DNA from: an uncultured Christensenella sp.
GTDB taxonomy: Bacteria > Bacillota > Clostridia > Christensenellales > UBA3700
Reading direction: 5' to 3'
Assembly: GCA_910583735.1 (NCBI GenBank)
Contig: CAJTXS010000005.1
Location: forward strand, 20,828 to 84,827
Length of the DNA stretch: 64,000 nucleotides
The notes under the pieces are model-generated. The model saw only the letters and a list, made by a program, of their open reading frames with translations. It had not been told where the DNA came from and ran no database searches. Shown piece by piece: positions 17,979 to 27,939 of the stretch (within the stretch, counting starts at the first letter, position 1; each line of letters opens with the position of its first letter). A program made the translations under genes and the position numbers.

Positions 17979-19661
17979 TTACTCCTCCCTCTGCAGCATC
18001 TTCTTGAGTTTAAGAAGAGCGACCTTGGTCTCGGCTGTGGTCTCTCCGAGCAGCGAAGCTATCTCCTGCGCGACCATCATCTGCTTCTTAATCACGGCGT
18101 CTGTGGTAGTGAGCGTCTCTGTCGCAAGGTTGTGCAACTTCTCCTCGTACTCCACCTGCGTGGTGATATCTTTTAGAATGGCAAAGAGCACCTTATGCTC
18201 GGCAAGCACTACCGCGTTAACCTCCGCATAAGTGTCGGTCTTAGCCACGTGCACGCATTTACGCATGAAGCCCTTGCCCGAGCGGAACGCGTTGATATAC
18301 TCGGTGGGGTCCTCGAAGTCTACGAGCAGCATCCCCTTGGGGTCCCGCTCCGTAACTCCCCAGATACGCTTAGCCTTGTTGTTCATCTGCATGACGCGCA
18401 TATCGCCGTCGATGACGAGTATACCGTTGGGGCTGTTCTCGATTATCTCGTAAGACAGCGACTCCGCCTTCTGTCTCATATAAGGCAAGCACATATATTC
18501 GTCGGCAAAGCCGTTGGCGACCGCCCAAGCCTTCTGCCTGCAACTGTCATAGCCGCATGCGCCGCAGTTGAGCTGATTCTCGGGTTTATCTCTGCCCGTC
18601 TTAGCCATAATGGCGAGCAAACGCTCCTCGCTCACGTCAAAGCCCGACGCGTGTTCCTTCTTATGCAGCGTACGCATAGAGAGCGCAGAGGTATCGGCAA
18701 TAACCTTGTCGGCGTTGCCTACTCCCGCATATGCTCTTATCTCCTCGTTAGCCTTAATCGAGCCGCCCTTGCAAGCGATGGCGCAAGGTCCGTTGATACA
18801 TGCATGTTCGCAGGCGTTGAGCTCGAGGAATATGCCGTCCATATCCTCTATGTTCTCAAGCACTTCCTTACAGCGCTCTACGCCGTCCGCGCTGAGATAC
18901 TCATATCCCTCGGGATACTGTCCGAACGACTTGATTACGCCTCTCGGTACAGGGAAAAATCTTGCGCGCAGCTTCTCTCTGTCCTGCGAAGATAAGTCGT
19001 TATTTAATTCTATTCCCTTATCCTTGAGCAGGGCCAGCGTCTCCTCGAATGTGAGCACGCCGTCGATGACGCCGCTCTCGGCAGCCTCTCTCTTCTTGGC
19101 TATGCAAGGTCCGATAAATACGACTTTCGCATTATCGGCAGCTTGCTTAATCATCTTGCCGTGCGCCACCATAGGCGAAACAACGGGCGAGAGATATTTA
19201 AGCGCGCCGGGGTAATACATCTTGATCAAGCTGTTGACTGCGGGACAGCACGAGGTAATATAGTTGCGATACTTGCCGCCCCTAAGATCCTCGCGGAAGC
19301 ATTCCACTACCGCAGCGGCGCCCACCGCCGTCTCCTGCGCCCCCGCAAAGCCCAGTCTGATAAGCGCGTCCTCGAGCACCGTAAAGTCCTTTATGCCGAG
19401 ACTGGATACAAAAGACGGCGCGACGGAAGCATATACATTGCCGCCCGCGAGCAACGCCTCGACCTCAGCCCTCTCGCTGTGGACTACCTTGGCGTTCTGA
19501 TGGCATACAAGCGTACACTTGCCGCACAGTATGCAGCGCTCCTCGATGACTTTAGCCTGATGATTGGTGACCTCGATAGCCTTGACGGGACAGCCGCGCA
19601 GACATCTGTAGCAGTCCTTGCAGTTTGCCTTCTTAAACTCGAGGTACTGGCGCCCGCTCAT
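17979..19661 (-). CDS. Sensory [FeFe]-hydrogenase with C-terminal PAS domain (HydS/HfsB-like)
   Basis: N-terminal clusters CKDCYRCLRGCP and CILCGKCTLVCH. H-domain motifs TSCCPAV, IGPCIAKKRE and NACEHACINGPC. An extra CGACGYDSC...C cluster is followed by a PAS-like region (NSPNGILVIDGDMRVMQMNNKA...). Confidence 0.85.
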   Translation of the reverse strand: MSGRQYLEFKKANCKDCYRCLRGCPVKAIEVTNHQAKVIEERCILCGKCTLVCHQNAKVVHSERAEVEALLAGGNVYASVAPSFVSSLGIKDFTVLEDALIRLGFAGAQETAVGAAAVVECFREDLRGGKYRNYITSCCPAVNSLIKMYYPGALKYLSPVVSPMVAHGKMIKQAADNAKVVFIGPCIAKKREAAESGVIDGVLTFEETLALLKDKGIELNNDLSSQDREKLRARFFPVPRGVIKSFGQYPEGYEYLSADGVERCKEVLENIEDMDGIFLELNACEHACINGPCAIACKGGSIKANEEIRAYAGVGNADKVIADTSALSMRTLHKKEHASGFDVSEERLLAIMAKTGRDKPENQLNCGACGYDSCRQKAWAVANGFADEYMCLPYMRQKAESLSYEIIENSPNGILVIDGDMRVMQMNNKAKRIWGVTERDPKGMLLVDFEDPTEYINAFRSGKGFMRKCVHVAKTDTYAEVNAVVLAEHKVLFAILKDITTQVEYEEKLHNLATETLTTTDAVIKKQMMVAQEIASLLGETTAETKVALLKLKKMLQREE

Positions 19662-19912
19662 AATACCGACGGCAGAATCCTTTCCTTAAAAATCTGCCCT
19701 ACGTTGTCACCGTTAAGACCGGTAATGAACTCGTCGTCCACTTTAGCAGTCACGCCCTCGGCGCAATGCCCGAGACAAAAGCTCGCCTGCAAGGTAATCT
19801 TGTCGCCGACGCCGCTTTCTTCGATGGCTTTCTTAAAGCCCTCTATGACGTCGTAGGAGCCCTTGAGATGGCACGAACTGCCCACGCATACGCTTATAAT
19901 CATATAATTCAC
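19658..19912 (-). CDS. Thioredoxin-like [2Fe-2S] ferredoxin (NuoE/HfsA-like)
   Basis: 84 aa with C-x4-C (VCVGSSCH) and C-x3-C (FCLGHC). Confidence 0.75.
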   Translation of the reverse strand: MNYMIISVCVGSSCHLKGSYDVIEGFKKAIEESGVGDKITLQASFCLGHCAEGVTAKVDDEFITGLNGDNVGQIFKERILPSVL

Positions 19913-19937
19913 CCCTGAATTAGTAATATCTTATTAA

Positions 19938-19966
19938 ATTATATATAAGTCGACAGTTAAAGTCAA
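19938..19966 (-). promoter_or_regulatory. Near-consensus sigma-A promoter of the hydrogenase operon
   Basis: On the minus strand, TTGACT (19966-19961) is followed after exactly 17 nt by TATAAT (19943-19938). It lies about 25 nt upstream of the ferredoxin ATG. Confidence 0.65.
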
Positions 19967-20026
19967 TAGTTATGCCCGCCGCAGACCGCGCGCAAGACAT
20001 GGAAAAATATTACAGTACTCGCCCGT

Positions 20027-20908
20027 CTACACGCCGCGCTCGCCCAAATAACCGTTAAAATCCGGCGTATATTCTCCGTCCGCGCTGCTCAGCTCTTGCA
20101 CGAATACATCGCCGAATCCGAGCTTGCTCGCATGACTTAGCGCGAGTTTATACTCCAACGGTTTAAGGCTCCTGGATATATCGGGATACTTGCTCGCCTC
20201 GCCGCAAGGATAGTACTGGCTCATAAGCGATATTACTGTATCGCTACCTACAGCGTCTTTTATTATATCCAGCGCCGCCACGCTATTATCTATGTGATTA
20301 GGCAGCGCCATATGCCTTACAATCATTCCGCTCGTCATGATTTTACCGTCATACCTATCATGAGGGCGATAGGAGCGCATAAGTTTAATCGCTTCGCGCG
20401 CAATTAACGGATAATCGGGAGCATTGCTCAGCCTTTCGGCAAGCGCAGCGTCTCCATACTTGAAGTCGGGCAGCCAAATATCTACGATGTCCGCGAGAGC
20501 GCGCACCTGCGATAAACTCTCGTATCCGCCGCAGTTGAATACAAGAGGCAGTCGCGGTCTGTAAATATCCAATGCTCTCATAAGTCCGCCGATATAATGG
20601 GACGCCGTAACGAGATTGATGTTATGCACTCCGCTGTCATCGAGCATCCTGAATATATCTGCAAGCCCTGCGGGCGTTACCTCTCTGCCGATATCTCCTC
20701 TCGATAAAGAATAGTTCTGACAGTAGACGCAACCGAGATTGCAACCGGAGAAGAAAATAGTTCCGCTACCCCTCTCTCCGCTGATAGGGGGCTCTTCCCA
20801 CATATGACGAGACACCAGTCCGATAGACATGGTATCGTAGCTGCGGCAATAACCTCTCCGCTCCTGCCTGTCTACTCCGCACGCTCTCGGACACAAATTG
20901 CAATCCAT
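20027..20908 (-). CDS. Radical SAM protein, PflX-like (PFL-activase homolog)
   Basis: An N-terminal Cys-rich stretch (CNLCPRACGVDRQERRGYC) and the radical SAM motif CNLGCVYCQN. Confidence 0.8.
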   Translation of the reverse strand: MDCNLCPRACGVDRQERRGYCRSYDTMSIGLVSRHMWEEPPISGERGSGTIFFSGCNLGCVYCQNYSLSRGDIGREVTPAGLADIFRMLDDSGVHNINLVTASHYIGGLMRALDIYRPRLPLVFNCGGYESLSQVRALADIVDIWLPDFKYGDAALAERLSNAPDYPLIAREAIKLMRSYRPHDRYDGKIMTSGMIVRHMALPNHIDNSVAALDIIKDAVGSDTVISLMSQYYPCGEASKYPDISRSLKPLEYKLALSHASKLGFGDVFVQELSSADGEYTPDFNGYLGERGV

Positions 20909-21240
20909 AGTTAAATTATACTATCGAGCTGTTGAAAAATCAAAGCTATCTCGCAGTAGAAATATCCGCCTGCAACAATAAAAAACTCATACATGCCCAT
21001 AATTATAAGTAAATAATGTACAAATCGAGTATTAGCTACCGCAAGGCAAAACATGCGAGCGCATTTTACAATTAATACGTATAATAATTATATCGACAAA
21101 CGCCGCGAATAAATTTACCTATCCCATTTTGCATATTAATTTGACACTGCATGCAAGGCGACAAAGTATAACTGCCGCCGCCTTATTAAGGTGGCTTACG
21201 TGCGGCAATACCGCGCTGAATATCGATACCTGCGCCGCAG

Positions 21241-21270
21241 AAAAAAGAGGACGGATAATTCCGTCCTCTT
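21241..21270 (-). terminator. Strong intrinsic terminator ending the flotillin operon
   Basis: AAGAGGACGGA-taat-TCCGTCCTCTT is followed by UUUUUU on the minus strand. Confidence 0.8.
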
Positions 21271-21288
21271 AAGCCGTAAACTAATTGT

Positions 21289-21789
21289 CTACTTCCGTCT
21301 CGAGCAGTACTTGACGTACGCCGGACGATTGAGCACATCCCCCGTTACGATAGCGAACTTAAGCGCGTCGTAATCGGGCTCTTCCTCTCCGCCTTCCGCA
21401 TCCAGCTTGATAAAGCGGGAGAAATAGTGCTCGCTGCAGCCCTCGTCGGAAATACCGCCTATGCTGCCGCCTACCTCGACTTTCTCCTCAACGTACACGC
21501 TTCCGTCGTCATCGTGCTCTACGGCGCAGTCCTCCTCATGGTGAGTGGGAATCAGCCTGCTGGTCATGGGCACGTATCCGCTCGTGCCGAGTCCTTGCGC
21601 GGGCTTAGCCTTATTCTCTGCGGGAGCGCTCGTAGCAAGCGACGCGTACTTAAACAGCTGCTCTACGTTGATTCCTCGCTTGCGCAGGAAGTTGATGCCT
21701 TTGATATACTCGTCATTCAACTTCCCTTGCGTCTCCATAGCCTTGAGTACGGCTATGTGCTTGGAGTACGTTTCGTACGGATTAGCCAT
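21289..21789 (-). CDS. Hypothetical acidic protein, translationally coupled to floA
   Basis: 166 aa with no motif I recognise. Its ATG overlaps the floA stop (TAATG), and codon usage is host-like. Confidence 0.6.
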   Translation of the reverse strand: MANPYETYSKHIAVLKAMETQGKLNDEYIKGINFLRKRGINVEQLFKYASLATSAPAENKAKPAQGLGTSGYVPMTSRLIPTHHEEDCAVEHDDDGSVYVEEKVEVGGSIGGISDEGCSEHYFSRFIKLDAEGGEEEPDYDALKFAIVTGDVLNRPAYVKYCSRRK

Positions 21790-22808
21790 TATTTCTTACC
21801 CTTGGGCGTAGTGCTCTTGCTGTTCTTGTCGTTGCCGCCGATGGCGTTGCGCATATTGGTGTCTGCTATCATATTCTGCATTCCGTAGTAGTCCATTACG
21901 CCGAGATTGCCGTCCTTGAGCGCCTGAGCCATAGCCTTGGGCACTTCCGCCTCCGACTCGATAACGAGCGCGCGCATTTCCTGCGTCTTTGCTTTCATCT
22001 CCTGCTCGAGCGCTACAGCCATAGCTCTGCGCTCTTCCGCCTTAGCTTCCGCAATGCGCTTGTCTGCCTCCGCCTGGTCCATCTGGAGCTGAGCGCCTAT
22101 ATTCCTACCTACGTCGATATCCGCTATATCGATAGAGAGTATCTCGAACGCCGTACCGCTGTCCAGTCCCTTGCCGAGCACGGTCTTGGAGATGAGGTCG
22201 GGGTTCTCGAGCACTTCCTTGTGACTGAGCGCGGAGCCCACCGTAGTGACGATACCCTCGCCTACGCGGGCTATGATGGTGTCCTCTCCCGCGCCGCCGA
22301 TGAGCCTTGTGATATTGGCGCGAACCGTTACCCTTGCCTTAACGCGCAGCTCGATACCGTCTTTTGCTATCGCGGAGATAGCGGGAGTCTCGATTACCTT
22401 GGGATTGACCGACACTCTTACCGCATCGAGCACGTCTCTGCCCGCAAGGTCGATGGCTCTTGCCGTCTCGGAACTGAGGTGCATGTTGGCGCTGTGCGCG
22501 CTGATTAGCGCGTTGACTACCTTAAGGACGTTACCTCTTGCCATTACGTGGCACTCGAGCTCGTCGATAGTGATGTCCAGTCCCGCCTTGCATGCGGAAA
22601 TATACGCGTCGACAAGTGGCGATACCTTAATGCCGCGCCACTTCATACCGATAAGGCGCGCCATAGATATTCTTACTCCGGATACCGCCGCCCTGAACCA
22701 TATCTTGATAGGCAACAGTCCGAAGATAAGACCGATGACGATAATCGCCGCGACTACGCCGACTACGATTCCGACAATAGCAGAAGTTGTCATTGCCAAA
22801 AGAAACAT
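21789..22808 (-). CDS. floA: Flotillin-like protein FloA (YqfA/UPF0365, SPFH domain)
   Basis: An N-terminal TM segment, then [28 protein letters not shown]...LISAHSANM...[22 protein letters not shown], typical of FloA. Confidence 0.85.
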   Translation of the reverse strand: MFLLAMTTSAIVGIVVGVVAAIIVIGLIFGLLPIKIWFRAAVSGVRISMARLIGMKWRGIKVSPLVDAYISACKAGLDITIDELECHVMARGNVLKVVNALISAHSANMHLSSETARAIDLAGRDVLDAVRVSVNPKVIETPAISAIAKDGIELRVKARVTVRANITRLIGGAGEDTIIARVGEGIVTTVGSALSHKEVLENPDLISKTVLGKGLDSGTAFEILSIDIADIDVGRNIGAQLQMDQAEADKRIAEAKAEERRAMAVALEQEMKAKTQEMRALVIESEAEVPKAMAQALKDGNLGVMDYYGMQNMIADTNMRNAIGGNDKNSKSTTPKGKK

Positions 22809-22877
22809 TTATACCCTCCTTTTCTGCCCCAGCGGGCAACGTCGCTTTATTGCGACTGCATTATTGATATTATAACC

Positions 22878-23474
22878 TCAGTCTTGCGACTGCTGCTTGT
22901 CAGACTCCTCGTATTCCGTAGCGGTAATTTCGCCCGCCTTGGCGCTGTCCAAAGCTACGATTATCCTTACGCCCTCTACGTCGATAATTTTGACGCAAGA
23001 GCCGGATACGATATATTCGCCTCTTGTGACCACGTCGTACAGCTTGTCGCCTATCTCCGCAGTGCCAACGGGACGAAGGTCGCACTTAGCTGTGCCCGTC
23101 TCGCCTATAAGACAAGTGAAGTCGGGCGTGCCGTCGCTCCTGTCCTTGGACACCGACGTCCTGCCCAGTACGAAGCCCGTGCGAGAAAATACGCCTTTCT
23201 TGACCAAAATCAACAGCACAATCGCCGCTATGCTCAGCACCAATATAGATACGCCGAGCAAGACGAACGCCTGTATGACGGGATTGCCGCCGCCGTTGTT
23301 GTAAGCTCTGATTATCAGAGCGGCTATTACGAGGATACCGCCCGTTATCCCGAAAAAGCCGTACCCCGGCACAAATAACTCGACTATTACGAATATGAGA
23401 CCGAGTACGAGCAATATTGCCGGCAACCAGCCTATATCGGAAAAAGTATATACAAATTCTTGCCAAAAAGTCAT
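22878..23474 (-). CDS. NfeD-family membrane protein (YqeZ-like, no protease domain)
   Basis: Several TM helices followed by a C-terminal OB-like segment (GTAKCDLRPVGTAEIGDKLYDVVTRGEYIVSGSCVKIIDVEG). It lies upstream of floA, as in Bacillus. Confidence 0.8.
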   Translation of the reverse strand: MTFWQEFVYTFSDIGWLPAILLVLGLIFVIVELFVPGYGFFGITGGILVIAALIIRAYNNGGGNPVIQAFVLLGVSILVLSIAAIVLLILVKKGVFSRTGFVLGRTSVSKDRSDGTPDFTCLIGETGTAKCDLRPVGTAEIGDKLYDVVTRGEYIVSGSCVKIIDVEGVRIIVALDSAKAGEITATEYEESDKQQSQD

Positions 23475-23475
23475 G

Positions 23476-24108
23476 TCAATCTCCTATATTATCGGACGAG
23501 CTTACATCGTCCGTACGCGCGCCCAGGTCATCCGAAGGATAAAACTCGGCTAAAGCCTTGAGCAGCATATCGATAAGCATTATGTCGAACGCGGCGTTGC
23601 CGTCTACTTCGCAGGCTATACGCGTCTCGACGGATATCTTTTCGACCCTGCCCGCTCCGTACTTGGTACGGCAGTATATTACGAATGAGAGTATTGCTAT
23701 AACGAAAAACAGCGCTGCAATTACTATCGCCGCTATTCCCGTCTTGGCGACTGCGGAATGCGACAGCAGATAGTCCTCGTCCGTCGCGTACATTATGCAC
23801 AGTCCCACTGTCAAAGCTACTACCGCTACGCTCAAAGACGTCAGCATCCTAAGCACGAGCATAGGCGCTCTGCTCGCAGAAGACTTCTCCGTAACGGGAG
23901 CGACGTCCGCTAAAGAGCGAGTCTCCGCCCTGCTTTGCTTGAGCGCGATAAGAGCGCCATGCCTCTCGCTGAGCAAAGCCGCGCCCTCTTCGTCCAAGTT
24001 ATTGCAGACAAAACGAATAGAGTCGGAGCATGACGATAAGGCGTCGCCGTCCGCAAAGTTATCCGTCGCCGACAATATCTTATTAATCTCTTCGCTGCAC
24101 TTGCTCAT
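23476..24108 (-). CDS. Hypothetical membrane protein (2-3 TM)
   Basis: 210 aa with hydrophobic segments LVLRMLTSLSVAVVALTVGLCIMY and GIAAIVIAALFFVIAILSFVIY. No recognisable domain. Confidence 0.55.
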   Translation of the reverse strand: MSKCSEEINKILSATDNFADGDALSSCSDSIRFVCNNLDEEGAALLSERHGALIALKQSRAETRSLADVAPVTEKSSASRAPMLVLRMLTSLSVAVVALTVGLCIMYATDEDYLLSHSAVAKTGIAAIVIAALFFVIAILSFVIYCRTKYGAGRVEKISVETRIACEVDGNAAFDIMLIDMLLKALAEFYPSDDLGARTDDVSSSDNIGD

Positions 24109-25292
24109 CTTCTCTCCTCGAGCGCCTTGGCGTAGAAACTCTCCACTGCGTCCATAAAGCTCTCGTCTATATCGAACACGTCGTCCCTACTGCAATAGTG
24201 GTAATGGCAATCCACTTCCCACTTAAAGTAACACTCGTTCTTATACATCTTGCGACGGGGTCTGCCCGCGCAATCTCTCTTGATATTATCTTCCGCCCTA
24301 ACGGAGCGCGACAAGGTATGTCCTCTGTCGTCATAGAGCAGAATTTCCGCATTGGGATTGGTAATCCTGTCTTTGCGCAAAGCTATGCTGCACTTATAAG
24401 GTACGGTGGGATCGTCCTTGCTGTGCGTAATCAGCACGCGTCCGCCGTACTTATTGATGCCGTCCACGCCTCTGTATAAAGACGCCTTGCCGTACAGCAT
24501 ACGCTGAACGAGACTAAAGTAAGGCATCATCATGACAGCCTGCTTGCCAGCCATCTTCTCCGCCTGAAAGCGCATAATACTTGCGCAGTCGTCAAAGCCG
24601 CTTGCAGTAGCCAAAGCGAGCGGTGTGTGCCCGTAATTGAGCGCTGCGGCAGTACCGAAACCGCTCCAACTGTGACCGTATACGAGCAGGGGCATATCCT
24701 TATACTCGCTGCTCTCTATGTAGCCGAGCATAGCGTGGATATCCACATGAGACTGCGGCAGACCTCTCATTACTTTGCCGCCGCTCGCACCGCAGCCGCT
24801 GATATCGAACATCATTACCGCATAGCCTCTGTCCGTAAAGTAGCGCGCCCTGTTAAGATAATTGCCGTGCGAGCAGCCCAGTCCGTGACACAGGAGTATC
24901 AACGCCCTGCCGTCGTACTTGTTCCTATCTCGGTACAGAAAGCATGCAAGCTCGTTGCCTGCCGACTGCACCTTGAACTCGTCGCATATGAGCTCGGGAT
25001 AGTCCTTAACGGACAGCAACATCTCCGTCTTGTCGCTGCGCTTATAGAAAAGATAGCGATAGACGAATACCGTCGCAATCAAAGGAATAATAAAGGTCCA
25101 ACAAAGCAGCACATATACTATAAATACCGCAATCTTTATTGGAATGTTATTTTTACTTTTTGTCTTAACCCTATTCCCCATAACGTTATTATAATACAGC
25201 GTGCGCGCGTTGTCAATGCCGAATAGAGTTGCTTTAGACGTCCGATTATAACTTATCATTGCTCTATATCTAATCTTGCGGTATTTATACAA
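24105..25292 (-). CDS. Membrane-anchored alpha/beta hydrolase
   Basis: An N-terminal TM segment, the HG oxyanion region LLCHGLGCSHG, the nucleophile elbow YGHSWSG, and C-terminal HSKDD...GH. The true start is uncertain (25292, 25259 or 25181). Confidence 0.75.
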   Translation of the reverse strand: MYKYRKIRYRAMISYNRTSKATLFGIDNARTLYYNNVMGNRVKTKSKNNIPIKIAVFIVYVLLCWTFIIPLIATVFVYRYLFYKRSDKTEMLLSVKDYPELICDEFKVQSAGNELACFLYRDRNKYDGRALILLCHGLGCSHGNYLNRARYFTDRGYAVMMFDISGCGASGGKVMRGLPQSHVDIHAMLGYIESSEYKDMPLLVYGHSWSGFGTAAALNYGHTPLALATASGFDDCASIMRFQAEKMAGKQAVMMMPYFSLVQRMLYGKASLYRGVDGINKYGGRVLITHSKDDPTVPYKCSIALRKDRITNPNAEILLYDDRGHTLSRSVRAEDNIKRDCAGRPRRKMYKNECYFKWEVDCHYHYCSRDDVFDIDESFMDAVESFYAKALEERR

Positions 25293-25387
25293 AGGAGCAT
25301 ATCCGATTTAATCTTTTTGCACTTCACGCTGCCGATATTGCAAGCGCCAAGTTGCAATGGCGAGCCATATAGTTATATAATATCGCT

Positions 25388-26698
25388 ATGGAATTGCCGC
25401 TTAAATTTAAGGAACGCATGCTCGAGTTGATGGGTAAAGATTATGAGGATTACATATCTTCATATGACCGCCCCGCTTGCAAAGGGCTGAGAATAAATAC
25501 GCTTAAGACATCGCTCAAGCCGCCCGTATGCTCAAAGCGTGTGCCTTGGTGCGGCAGCGGCTACTACTACCGCGAAGGCAGCCCGGGCAAGTGCGCGCTG
25601 CACGAAGCGGGCGCATATTACATACAAGAGCCCTCCGCAATGTCGGTAATCACGGCGGCGGATATAAGAGACGGAGAGATTGTACTGGACCTGTGCGCGG
25701 CTCCCGGAGGAAAAAGCACCCAAATAGCCTGTCTCAACCCAAGCGGACTGACAATATCCAACGACATCATACCCTCGAGAGCTAAAATCCTTGACCAAAA
25801 CACCGAACGCATGGGCATAGCCAACGCCGCGGTAACGTGCGCGAGTCCACTTACGCTGTCGCGCTGCTGGAGCGCGATATTCGACACCGTAATAGTCGAC
25901 GCGCCCTGCTCGGGAGAAGGCATGTTCAGAAAGGCGGACATTGCTATATCCGAGTGGAGTGAAGAAAATGTAAAGGCGTGCGCGGCGCGTCAAAGAGAAA
26001 TACTGGACCTTGCCAAGCAGCTGGTAAAGTGCGGCGGGAAGCTGGTATACTCCACCTGCACATACTCGAGAGAAGAAAACGAGGACAATATCGCGCATTT
26101 TCTGAAAAGCAACGAGGATTTCGAGCAGATCGCTTCGCCGCTCGACAAAGTAGAGGGAATCGAGCGAGGGATAGGCGGACTGGGCTATCGGCTCTACCCT
26201 CATAAAGTCGAGGGAGAAGGACACTACGTCGCCGTGCTTCGCAGAAAGGGCGACTTAAAAGACGTAAGATATCCAAAGGAAAGGCTTCAAGTCAACGTAA
26301 AAGACCTAAAGCTGTATAAAGATTGGGCGAACAAGTATCTGCATAACGCGCCGATATGCAACAATCAATCGGGAGAAATGCTGTACTGCACTCCCGAGAG
26401 CATGCCGAGAATGCAGGGTATCAAATATCTGCGGCTGGGATTGCCGCTTGGGACGGTATCGGGCGGAAGATTCGAGCCGAGCCACTCTCTTGCGTTAAGT
26501 CTAAAGCCTTGCGATGTGAAAAATAATATTGACCTTAACTCCCAATCGGCGGAAGCATCGGCATATCTGCACGGAGAATCGCTGTCTTGCGATATGACGG
26601 GCTGGACTTTAGTATCCGTGGACGGGATATCGCTGGGCTGGGGCAAAGCGTCGGACGGGACGCTTAAGAACAAGTATCCCAAAGGTCTCAGAAAATAA
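25388..26698 (+). CDS. RsmB/RsmF-family rRNA m5C methyltransferase
   Basis: SAM site LDLCAAPGGKS; catalytic motifs DAPCSGEGMFRK and YSTCT. Confidence 0.85.
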   Translation: MELPLKFKERMLELMGKDYEDYISSYDRPACKGLRINTLKTSLKPPVCSKRVPWCGSGYYYREGSPGKCALHEAGAYYIQEPSAMSVITAADIRDGEIVLDLCAAPGGKSTQIACLNPSGLTISNDIIPSRAKILDQNTERMGIANAAVTCASPLTLSRCWSAIFDTVIVDAPCSGEGMFRKADIAISEWSEENVKACAARQREILDLAKQLVKCGGKLVYSTCTYSREENEDNIAHFLKSNEDFEQIASPLDKVEGIERGIGGLGYRLYPHKVEGEGHYVAVLRRKGDLKDVRYPKERLQVNVKDLKLYKDWANKYLHNAPICNNQSGEMLYCTPESMPRMQGIKYLRLGLPLGTVSGGRFEPSHSLALSLKPCDVKNNIDLNSQSAEASAYLHGESLSCDMTGWTLVSVDGISLGWGKASDGTLKNKYPKGLRK

Positions 26699-27015
26699 TT
26701 GAAAGGCACTAATAAATAATTATCTTACGGGCAATTAATCCCGATACTTCTATTGTAAAATCTCGGTCTGTATATCAGGCGCGCCGCATTACTTTCCGCA
26801 CAGCATGCGCGCAGGACGTCCTTAGCCTCGGTCATCGAATTTTTCAATCTGAAAATGCTCGCTCGTCAAACTGTCTTAAGTTGAGCTCGAAACAAGGAAG
26901 CGCAGCCGTAACCGCCCACGCAAACGAATTTAACGATGATACGGACGAAAACCGACTGTCAAAGATATAGCTGCCTCGATTGACCGCGCGCTTATCGAAC
27001 GTAAAGCTCTAAGCC

Positions 27016-27939
27016 TTACTGTAATTCCTTATTATTAAACTGCTCGACATACCACGGCAATTTGGCGCAAAATGTCTTGCCTCGCACATTGCCGAGCACG
27101 TCCGGGACACTGTCCGGAAAAGTAAGTTTGTAGGCGCACAAAGCCTGATATTTAAATTTATATTCCCTATTGACGGCGTTATTGCCGTACTTACTGTCTC
27201 CGAGAATAGGACAGCATATATATGAAAACTGCGCGCGTATCTGATGCGTACGTCCCGTTATGAGCCGCACGGACAGCAAAGACAGCCTATCGCTCTTGCC
27301 CAATACCGAATACTCGAGAATCGCCTTCTTAGCGTCGCCGCCCTTCTTTGAGAATACTTGCACTCTGCTCTTTTCGGAATTCTTCAAAATGTAATTGACA
27401 AGTTTTCCTTTATCTTTCCGAGGGTGTCCTATCGCAACGGCAAGATACTCTTTGGCTATAGTCCTCTGCTTTATGGTCGCTTTAACGGCTTCTTCCGCTT
27501 GCTGCGTCTTGGCGAATATTACCAATCCGGATGTACCTGTATCCAATCTGTGACACAGGCGCGGAGCCGTACTCTCATCTCCGCCCGCTTTTACGTGTCT
27601 CAAAATAACGCGATTGGCAAGAGTATCGATAACCGAATCGTCGGTCGTATTTATAATAATGCCTGCCGGCTTATCTACTATCATCAGGGCGTCGTCCTCA
27701 TATACGACATCCACTTCCGTACGCGCCCGAAGATACTTGGGTCCGTCTTGATTGGGCATATAGATCCTTACGACGTCTCCTCTGTTGAGGCGTGTGGACA
27801 GAGGAACTTTTCTGTTGTTTACTCTTATCCTGTTGCCCTTAATGAACTTATACAAAGTAATATCGGTGAATTCGTGATGCTGCGAAAGTACAAAATCGTC
27901 TAATCTTATACCCTGTATATTTACGGTAATTTCTTCCAT
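27016..27939 (-). CDS. RluA-family pseudouridine synthase with S4-like N-terminus
   Basis: Catalytic Asp motif HRLDTGTSGLVIFAK and GRTHQIRAQ. Confidence 0.85.
   Translation of the reverse strand: MEEITVNIQGIRLDDFVLSQHHEFTDITLYKFIKGNRIRVNNRKVPLSTRLNRGDVVRIYMPNQDGPKYLRARTEVDVVYEDDALMIVDKPAGIIINTTDDSVIDTLANRVILRHVKAGGDESTAPRLCHRLDTGTSGLVIFAKTQQAEEAVKATIKQRTIAKEYLAVAIGHPRKDKGKLVNYILKNSEKSRVQVFSKKGGDAKKAILEYSVLGKSDRLSLLSVRLITGRTHQIRAQFSYICCPILGDSKYGNNAVNREYKFKYQALCAYKLTFPDSVPDVLGNVRGKTFCAKLPWYVEQFNNKELQ

Noticed and set aside
20027-20908. Radical SAM gene next to the hydrogenase operon as a possible HydE/HydG H-cluster maturase
   Set aside because: The size (293 aa), the N-terminal CxxCxxxC...C stretch and the CNLGCVYC motif fit the PflX/PFL-activase-like family, not HydE (about 350 aa) or HydG (about 470 aa with a C-terminal cluster). 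It also has its own spacing from the hfs promoter.
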